Shown here piece by piece: positions 55,160 through 64,000 of a stretch of DNA of 64,000 nt. The position numbers were made by a program, and so were the translations under genes. The stretch comes from the human T2T-CHM13v2.0 reference genome, Homo sapiens, in NCBI RefSeq assembly GCF_009914755.1, contig NC_060927.1. The stretch is one strand, 5' to 3'. Under the pieces are notes generated by a model. That model was not told where the DNA came from, ran no database searches, and saw only the letters and a list, made by a program, of their open reading frames with translations. How positions within the stretch are numbered: position 1 is the first letter of the stretch; every line of letters begins with the position of its first letter.

Positions 55160-57740
55160 TTTTTATTTTAACTATTTTTAATTGCACAATTCAGTGACAT
55201 TAAGTACATTCACATTGCTGTGTAACCATCACTGCTGTTTATCTCCAGAACCGTTTCATCAACCCAAACTGAAACTATCAAATCATTTCACAGCCCCACG
55301 ACAACCACCATTCAAGTTTCTGTCTATGAGTTTGACTATTTTACCTAGTTTACTTTAATATATAGGGAGTCATTTATTTTCTTCCCCTCATATTTATTTC
55401 AAGCAATGACTTCATGTTTCCAGTGGCATAGTAGCCACAATATTTGTCCTTCTGCATCTGGCTTATTTCACTTAGCATAATATTTTCAAGGTATGTAATA
55501 TTAAAGCATGTATCGCAACTTCCTTCCTTTTTAAGGTTGAATTGTATTTCCTTGAATGTATATACCACATTTTGTTTATTTATTTTGTCTTAGCCCATTT
55601 TCTGTTCTTACAACAGAATACCCGAAACTGTGTAATTTATAAAGCAAAGAAATATATTTCTTACAGTTATGCAGGCTCAGGAGTCTAAGGATGAGGTGCT
55701 GCATCTAGTGAGGGCCTTCTTGCTGGTGGGGACTATTTATGGCATCACAAGGTGGCATCACATGGCAAGGGGACTTAGCATGCTAATGTGCTCACTCAGG
55801 TCTTTCTTCTTTTTCTTATAAAGCCGCCAGTTCTCCTCCCATGATAACTCATTAATCCATTAACCTATTAATCCATGAATGGATTACTCCATTTGTGAGG
55901 CAAAGCCTTCATGACCTGATCACCTTTTATAAGCCCCACCTTTCAATACTGCCACATTGGGGATGAAGTTTCAATATGAGTTTTTGAGAGGACACTCAAA
56001 CCATAGCATTCTGTCCTAGCCCCCAAAAACTCATGTCCTTCCCACATACAAAGACATATATTCCATCTGCATAGCTCCAAAGTCTTAACTTGGTCCAGCA
56101 GCAACTTAAAGGTTCAAAGTCCTAAGTCTTATATATGAGCCTGTGAAATCAAAACAAAATATCTACTTCTAATATACAATGGTGGGACAAGCATATCGTA
56201 CACATTCTTATTCCAAAAGGGAGAAATAGAAAAGAAAGAAGGGGTAACAGGCTTTAAGCAACTCAGAAACCCAAGAAAGTAGACATTGGGTCTTAAGACT
56301 CCAGAATGATCTCCTTTGACTCCATTTCTGGCATCTTCTACACACTAGTATGGGGGTTGGGCCCCACAAGCCTTGGGCAGCTCTGCCTCTGAAGCTTGAT
56401 TGGGGTCCGTCCACCCAGCTCTTCCAGGCTGGGGTCTTGGTGGAATTCCATTCCCAGAGCTCCATGAGGCATTGCCCTACTGAAGACATTCTACAGCAGC
56501 TCTGACCCTACATTTCTGCTTGGCATTGCTCTAGTAGAGGCTCTCTGTGGTGGCTCTACTGTCATGACAAGTCTTTGTCTGTGCTGTCACGTTATCAATG
56601 ACATTTTCTGAAACTTAGACGAAGGCTTAATAAGCCTCCACAGCTCTTGCTTCTTGCAAGTCAGCAGAATTAGCACCATGTGGATGCTGCCAAGGTTTAT
56701 GACTTACCTTCCAGATCTGCAGCATGAGCCACACCTTGGCCTGCTTGAGTTCTTGCTGGGGTGTCCTCAGAGTACTGTGCTGGGGCACAGAGTCTGGAGG
56801 TGGTCTTGGGCAGTAAGCCCACAGAAAGTGCCTGGGCTTGCTCCCTGAAACCATTCTGCCCTCCTAGGCCTCTGGGTCTGTGATAAGAGGGGCAGCCTTG
56901 AAAATCTCTGAAATGCCTTTGAGGTCTTTCTTCCATTGTCTTGAGGAATAGCACCTGGATCCCTTCTAGCCATGCTAATCTCTTTAGCAAATGGCCTCTG
57001 GGCTACATCCTTGCTTTTTCACTTTTTACATGGCCAGGCTGATAAATTTTCAAATCTTTCCACTCTGCTTCCCTTTTAATTATAAATTCTTCCAATTATT
57101 TTTTTTGTTCCTCAGCCTCAGTGTAAGCTGCCAAAAGTAACCATGCAGCTGCTTGTTTTGCTTAGAAATTTATTCTGCCAGATACCTTAGCTCATCACTT
57201 CCAAGTTTGGCCTTCCACAGAGTTCTTGAGTGTGGACACAGTTCAGCCAAGTTCTTTGCAAATTTATAACAAAGATGGCTTTTATTCCAGTTTCAAATAC
57301 TTTGTTCCTCAGTTCTATTTGAAACCTCATCAGAATGGCCTTTACTGTTCATATTTCCATCAGCACTCTGGTCATGACCACTTAACCAGTCTCTAAAGAG
57401 TTTCAAACTTTCCCTAGTCTTTTTGTCTTCTAAGCCTTCATCAGAATCTAGGCATTTCCTAGACTGCTCCTCCAAATTCTTTCAGCCTCTGCCCATTACC
57501 TGATTCTAAAGCCAATTCCACATTTTCAGGTATTCATTACAAGCAGCACCCCACTCCTTGGTAGCAATTTTCTCTCTTAGTCTGTTTTCTGTTGCTTCTA
57601 ACAGGATACCTAAAACTCCATTCATCCATTGAAAAACATTTGAATTGTTTCCACCTTTTGCCTATTGTGAATAATGCTTCCACAAACATTAGTGGGCAAT
57701 GATTCATCTGTTTGAATTCTTGCTTTCAATTCTTTAGGTA
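55160..57740 (-). mobile_element. L1MB 3' end (55160-55585, resuming 57618-57740) interrupted by a MaLR provirus
   Basis: CAATTCAGTGACATTAAGTACATTCACATTGCTGTG...GGCTTATTTCACTTAGCATAAT...CCACATTTTGTTTAT, resuming as CCATTCATCCATTG...CTATTGTGAATAATGCT. Confidence 0.8.
55586..57617 (-). mobile_element. MST-type (MSTC/D-like) MaLR provirus: full 3' LTR 55586-56008, internal region, stub of the 5' LTR
   Basis: TGTCTTAG...CCATAGCA LTR; MaLR internal motifs (CTCCAGAATGATCTCCTTTGACTCCA; CACATTTTCAGGTAT...CAGCACCCCACTCC); second LTR end from ~57571. Confidence 0.85.
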
Positions 57741-60700
57741 ATTTTGTAGTTGTTCAAGATGGGGCATTTGGAGTATAGCCACCTCTTCCAGTCTTTGCAG
57801 ACTGGCTTTGTGCCAGAGAAGCCCTTCACTAATTAGCTGGGCGTGCCCTGTACCTAGGGATCAGCCAGAGGTGAAAGCTTAAAGTCTTTTCAGTTCTTTT
57901 ATGAGCATGCATCTTGACTGGGCCTATGGCTTTTTCAATTTCCCAGTATACAGGCCTGCTTTTGAATGTCTTCATTTCCCAGAGTCTCACTCCAGCTTCT
58001 CCTCTGGGTCTTAGATGATCTATTGTGTAGCTCCACCTGTAATGTCTCGCCACAGGTGTCTGTGGAGCTTTTTAAAGCAGACTCCCATGCCTGCGACCCT
58101 AGGTTAAAGAGGGAGATTAGCCCTCCAGGCAGCCCCACAAAGATGTTAAAACATTGCAAATAAGGTCTGATCTGCTCCTTCTGTTCTAAAGGAGGATATT
58201 GGGCATGGGCTGCTGCATCTCCCTGTGCCACACCAGGGAAAGTGTGGGTCAAGGGTGAGTAAAAACACCATGAATTTCCTGATGTTTTGAATGTGGCTTT
58301 TTCTTGACTGAGCCTTCACTTCTTTGCTGTGGACCTTTTACCATTTTCCAACACTCCTATAAAGTTAATTTCATTGAGTTTCTGGTTGTTTTAATGTTTC
58401 TATGAGGGGAACATGGGTTTGGATCTGCCTCGTCTGCCATTTCACTGCAACACACTCAACTGTTCTCCCTGTTCTTGTCTTCCTACAACCCGGCCTCCAC
58501 GCAGGGCCATAATGATACCTCACACATGCTGTTCCATCTGTTCCTCTTTTCTCTTTGCCAGGCTAATTCCAACTCATTCCGTTTCCAGCCTACACTCTTT
58601 CCTCTTCATTTTATCCATTCAAGAATAGAATAGATGCTCCTGCTAAGAACAAGTATATTTCCCTCTGCTTTCCATTTCATAGGGTCTCCTTCCAACTGCA
58701 AGACTTTATGATTCTCAAAGTCTACTTAGGGAAGCAAGTATTTACAGAGTCATGGGATGTTAGAGTTGGAAGAACCATTAGAGGCTCAATCACTTCATTT
58801 CAAAAATGACAAAATGTGGTGAGAGTGTGGGAGTAACTAACCCCGGGGCCTACTGTCAGGTGATGGTAGAGCAAAGCATCCAAGTCTCACCTAGTTTTAG
58901 TCCAGAACTGTTTCCCAAGACTCTTCCTGATCTGCTAGGAAGATGTTTCAATCTAAGGAGGCCTCACCTGCCTCTCTTACTGCCTCTTATACTTGCTGCA
59001 GATGGGGAATTCTGGGTTTGCTCATGGGCTTTGCTTCTGTCTTGGCAAAGATTTCTCTGTGATAGTTCTTTCTTTGCACACATTGCCACATGCCACATAA
59101 TGAACTTGTTAGATGTATCTTATGTGTTATAAATAAACTCCTCAGGGAAATTCCTGGATCCTGGGCCTCTCCCACTGGAGCTTTTGTTTGCTTGTCTTGA
59201 TGTTCAAGCCAGGAAGAGAACTACAAGCACTGAATTATAGTTCCAGAGGCTGAAATTCTTGGTGTAGGGTTGAGAAAAATTGTTATCTCTATTGCTTTCC
59301 TCATGCCCATCTTGACAGAGGACCAGCTCAATGGGAGGATTCCTTCTGGGGTTCAGGAGCCCTGAGAACTGAGAGGACTGCCAAGGAAGGAATATGTCCG
59401 ACATAGTAAGTCCATAGACTATCAGAGCTATAAGACAAATTAGAGATGCTTTGAGCTAGGGCCCTTATTTTGCAGATGAGAAATTGAAGCCCAGAGAAAT
59501 TAGGAAACTTGACTAGCATTGTATATCATGGGGTAAGAGAAGATCATGAAATTTGGGGTCAGAAAACACTTGAGTGCTGGTTCTGCTACTTACCAGCTCT
59601 GTAACCTCAAGCAAGCCTCATTTTCCTCCTCATCAAAATGGAAATAATCCTATCTGCCTTGGAGGGCTATTGCCAGGAATAAAGAATACTCTGTCTACGA
59701 TAATGCCTGCTATAGGGCACATGCTCACTGAATGCTCATGCTCTTCTTTCATCCTCTTTCCCTTCTAATTTGCAGCTTCCTCTTTGAGTCCTGAAAGGCT
59801 CTTCCTTCTCTATGATTTCAGTTAAGCTTGGTTGGTAAATACTTAAAAAAAAAAAAAAAAAGGCAAGGGTTAATTTTGCAGCTTTGAAATGGTTTATTTA
59901 TTAACTGTAGAGTTATTTATTTTCTTCCCTCATATTTATTTCAAAGCAATGATTTCATTTTTCCAGAAGCACGATGGTCACTCTTCATTCTTCAAAGATA
60001 GCTGTTTAAAAACATCTCTTTAAACAGAAAACACCAGTAATTTTCTGGGCTCCCTTCCCATTGGCTGGAATACTCCAGAGGAATTTAGTTCTTTTCCAAG
60101 TCCCATTCTGGTTCTCTGTGGGACTCCTAGCTAAGGAATTTCCTTTGGAGTCATTTTTGGCATTGCTTGGGTACTGCCACATGCACCAGGGAAATGAAAT
60201 CCGCCTGTTATATGACTATGCTGTTACAGAGTCCTGTAGAGGTGGTTGCATTAGTGGTTGTGGTATAGAAGAGCTCATTGGCCTTGGAGTCAGAAAACCT
60301 TGGTTTCAGACCTGGTTTAACCATTATCTAGGCTGCTGGCCTTGGGCGACGTAGTCTTTCCTCTCCCCTAGATATCAGTTTCCTTATTTGTAAAGCAATC
60401 AGATAAAGTGCCCGAAGGGTCTCTGCCAGCTTTGACCTTAATCACAAACTGCTACTTAGCCCTATTTTGGGGAAGGAGGGGAATTTGGAATGGTGTCCTA
60501 ACCCTGACCCTTCCAACAGGTCATCTGATTGTTACCCCAGGATTTCAGTCTGCCTAGGTTGATTTGGTGTTTGACCCTCTTATCTGAAACCTTCATAACA
60601 TCTTTCTTTCCCTTTCTTATCTGGAAACAAACATATGTCTTACTCTCTGACTTTTCTCTAAAGGAATTCAAGTTTTTAAAGGCAGTTACCTTGAGAGGTG

Positions 60701-60859
60701 TTGTTTTATACAAGAACTTGGGTGATAGTGATGAAATTTCCGTCTTTTTCTTATCCTTTCACTTCTTTTAAAACAAGCTCAATAATCCTACATCACCATC
60801 TTAATAGGGTCATAATGATATTTACAGAATGTCGTAAAATATTCCCTATTTTCAAGATT

Positions 60860-61940
60860 CATTCATTTAATGGATGTTTATTGAGTGCATATTATGTGTC
60901 AGATATTTTTCTAGGCACTTGGGGATATGGCAGAGAAGAGCTACTAAATTGCTGTTATTGTGGATAGAGGAGCTAGACAATACACAATGTAAGTTGAGAT
61001 GTGTGGTATATTAGATAGGGTTACATACTAAGAAGAAGAACAAAGTAGGCAAGGGAGATAGGAAAGGTAGGGAATGAAGTTACAATCTAAATTGGGTAGT
61101 GAGGGAAGGCCTTACTAAGAGGATGACACTGGGGGAAAAAAAAGATGAAGGAAACAAATAAGAGGAATGGCAGGTGCCAAGGCCCTGAGGCAGGAGCATC
61201 CTGAAATGTTCATACATGAGGAGGCTAATGTGTGCAGTAGGACCAGAGTGGTAACGGGGATCAGGTCACTGTCAGAACACTGGTTTTTAATCTGAATTAG
61301 ATAGGAAGCCACTGGAGAAGTTGAGTGGCAGGGTGATGTTACCCAATTTACTGTCACCCAGTTGATAACAGACCATAGAGATACAAGAATGAAAGAGGAA
61401 ATATTAGCCAGGAGGCTCCTGCAGTACTCCTTGCAAGAGGCTGTAGTGACCCGTTCCAGGGTGGTAGCAGCTGTGGTTGAGTCTGGATGTACTTTAAAGG
61501 TGGAGCTGAGAGGATTTGCTGGTGACTCAGATGTGCAGTATGAGAGAGAGAGGAGTCAAAGACGCCCCAAGATTTTTGGCCTGTGCAACTGGAAGAATGG
61601 AGTGTCTACTTTCTGAGATGAGGAAGGCTGTGAGGAACAAATTTTGGGGCAATATGAGGACCTCAGTTTTGGACATGGGCATTCTGTTAGACATTAAACA
61701 TGAGAAATGCGAAGGTGGCAGTTGAAATATCACGCCTGTGGTTTAGAGGAGGTGCCCAAGCTAGAGATGAAATTGGAGAGCCATCAGCATTTAGGTGGTT
61801 TTAAATGTCATAAGCCTAGATGAGATTATTTAGGGAGTGAGGGTAGAGAGGAAAGAAAAGAGGCCAAAGAGCTGAGCCCAGGGAATCCCCATGTAGAGAG
61901 GTTGGAAAAATAAGGAGAAACTAACAGGGAGACTGTGGGG
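60860..61940 (-). mobile_element. L2a fragment
   Basis: ATTCATTCATT...TTTATTGAGTGC...TGTGTCAG start and a typical L2 body (GGAGTCAAAGA...TTTTGGCCTG.GCAACTGGAAGAATGGAGT). Confidence 0.8.
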
Positions 61941-63759
61941 ACTGAGGCACAGAGAGCAGGATTCCCTGGGGCTTTCAGAGCTTTGGGAGCAGAGTGAGGA
62001 CTGGAATCCAGGCCTTCACAACCAGGTTCAGAGCTCTGTCTACTGGCCCAAGGCTCCTTCTCTCTCATGGCACCAGCTACTTCTCGTATTGGAATCTTGC
62101 TGATGTCCCTTGCATGGGACACATTGTTTCATCGAATCTGAGCAGGAGGTGGATTTTTGTCTCTATTTTTTTTTCAGTGCACTTGAAGTACTTCATAACT
62201 TTAAAATGCACTCAAATGAAAAGACTTGGTGGGAGGCCCAGACTGCTATCATGGATTTGGGCGTCAGACATGCAAACTCAGACCAAAGGGAGATGTTGTC
62301 AGAGTTGTTAAAAGAAGGATTCTGTTGTCTTGGATCCCACTGGCAGGCCTGGGCCACACATGAGCATTTAACTGGCAGGGATTAAATAAACCAGATGGTC
62401 CCAGGCGATGGGCAAGATGGGATAACGTCACAGGACAAATAGCCCAAGGGGAGAAGAGAGTCCTCACTTTCAAACTAGGTCAGCATCTTCTGAGACCACA
62501 GGCCTGGTCTACATCTACACTGTGACCTTCGGATCCCCAGGCTTGCTCTGGTTGGTGCTGGCCTGTTGGTATCCATTGGGGTATCATAACCTCTGACTTT
62601 GTAGAGGTCTCCTTTGGGACTGAAAGATGCTGGCAGGGAAGACATGTTTTTGCCCATGCTGATCTGTTTGTCATTCAGACACTCACCCTGGGTACCGTCC
62701 AGGCCCCACACACCTTCCCATTGTCATCACACTGCTTTATCCTAATACCCCATTCCTCAGAGAAGACTCCCTTGGTGGCTTTGTGATCTGCCTAGGTGTT
62801 GAAATGGTCCTGGTTCTTTTTCCTTATTATCAGAAGCTCATTGCTAGGAATTGAGCTTGTGTTTCTGCATTCAAATGACATTTTTCTTTTCTTCTTGAAA
62901 AAAAAAATGCCAACACAGGAAATTGTTGCAAAGGCACTGTTTGTCTCCTTCCCTCAAGTTCAGAGAACCCATGGCTTCCTTTCTATGGACAAGTGCTGGT
63001 ACCAGTGGGTCACAGAAAGACCAGGGACCTGGGAAACGATTTCTGCTTTTGGGTTTTGGTTTCTGCCCTCTTTTCTCTCTACTTCTCTACTAATTCACTG
63101 TGAAGTGTTAACAGAGGTTGAGAATCTGTTAAAAGTGACTTCTCTAAGCCCAGCCCTAGGTTCTCAGAGCCCCCAGAAGGAGATTCCTCTCCTCCCTGTA
63201 AGCTGGCCTGCCTCGTTCAGGACCATTAGGTCTCTTGCCTAATGTACTGTAGCCATCTTGAGTCTCCCTCAGTTCACTGCATTTAATGCCTCATTTGAAA
63301 GGGAAAGCTGATCACATCTCTCTTTGGTTTAAAATCCTTAGATGGCTCCCTATTCCCAAAAGCAAGCTGTGTATTCAAGGCTTTTTATAATCCTGCACAT
63401 AGAGATCTTCCCAAATGGTGTGATGTTCTTTCTCCCAAACTGTCTGTCTCTCTAGGGACTATATCATTCAGTTTTCCACAAATGCCTGGTGTCCTTTCAT
63501 ATCTCCGCTTTCTCATATGCTACTCCCCATTGCCTGGGATGCTCCTCCTCCTCTTGGTTTACTACTGCAAGGTAAAACAGTACCATTCTTTCCAGAAAAC
63601 ACTAGTGCAGAAAGGTCTTAGCAATGGTGTTGCTACTGAGAGTCACAAAATAGTTCTGGACCACGGGCTACAATATCAGGGAATCTATCTCATCTCTGTC
63701 TCTTGCTGGTTGAGTGACCTAAGTCAGAGGTTGCACACTGGTGGGAGAGCCTATAATAA

Positions 63760-63935
63760 TGACTTTCAAATTGCATGTCCATTAGAATCACCTGTGGATC
63801 TTTAGAAAATCCCAGTGCTCAGGCCTTACTCTAGATTGATCATATTTGGATCTCTGTGGTTGAGACACAGACATTGGCATTTCTTTAAACTCCCCAGGTA
63901 ATGCCTGTGTGTAGCCTTGATTGAGAGCCATTGGT
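63760..63935 (+). mobile_element. MER5-type hAT fragment
   Basis: CATTAGAATCACCTGTGGATCTT...GCTCAGGCC...CTCCCCAGGT...TTGAGAGCCA. Confidence 0.6.
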
Positions 63936-64000
63936 GTTAGAGTTAAGGGATTAGGCTCCAGAGTCCATCAGAACTGGTTTCAAATCCTGGTTTCTCCATC

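Noticed and set aside
62796-63805. 148-aa and 107-aa ORFs near the window end
   Set aside because: No recognisable domains or splice context; partly overlap L2/MER5-like sequence.

Overview
Primate DNA, very likely human (AluY, HERV-H). I recognise it as the 3q27.3 region containing RTP1 (receptor transporter protein 1, the odorant-receptor chaperone). RTP1 is the only supportable protein-coding gene: two + strand coding exons (46938-47209, 48973-49492), 263 aa, with a stronger in-frame second ATG at 47046 giving the 227-aa short form. The rest is mostly transposon-derived: a near full-length decayed L1PB-type LINE (1-5718), a 5.75-kb minus-strand HERV-H provirus inserted inside an Alu (24933-30683), a cluster of solo LTRs (MER4E, MER61, LTR7Y-type), MaLR/ERVL remnants, many Alus, MIR/L2 and DNA-transposon fossils. 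The most interesting observations are: (1) a long 55-bp-arm hairpin just past the RTP1 poly(A) signal; (2) RFX X-box motifs in the RTP1 proximal promoter; (3) back-to-back LTR7 and LTR7Y promoters, both with mutated TATA boxes, flanking a MER61 LTR with p53- and EBF-type sites; (4) several short non-tandem local duplications resembling templated repair insertions; (5) an ERVL integrase split into oppositely oriented halves. No new protein system is evident. Repeat subfamily names come from recall of consensus sequences and need RepeatMasker/Dfam confirmation.
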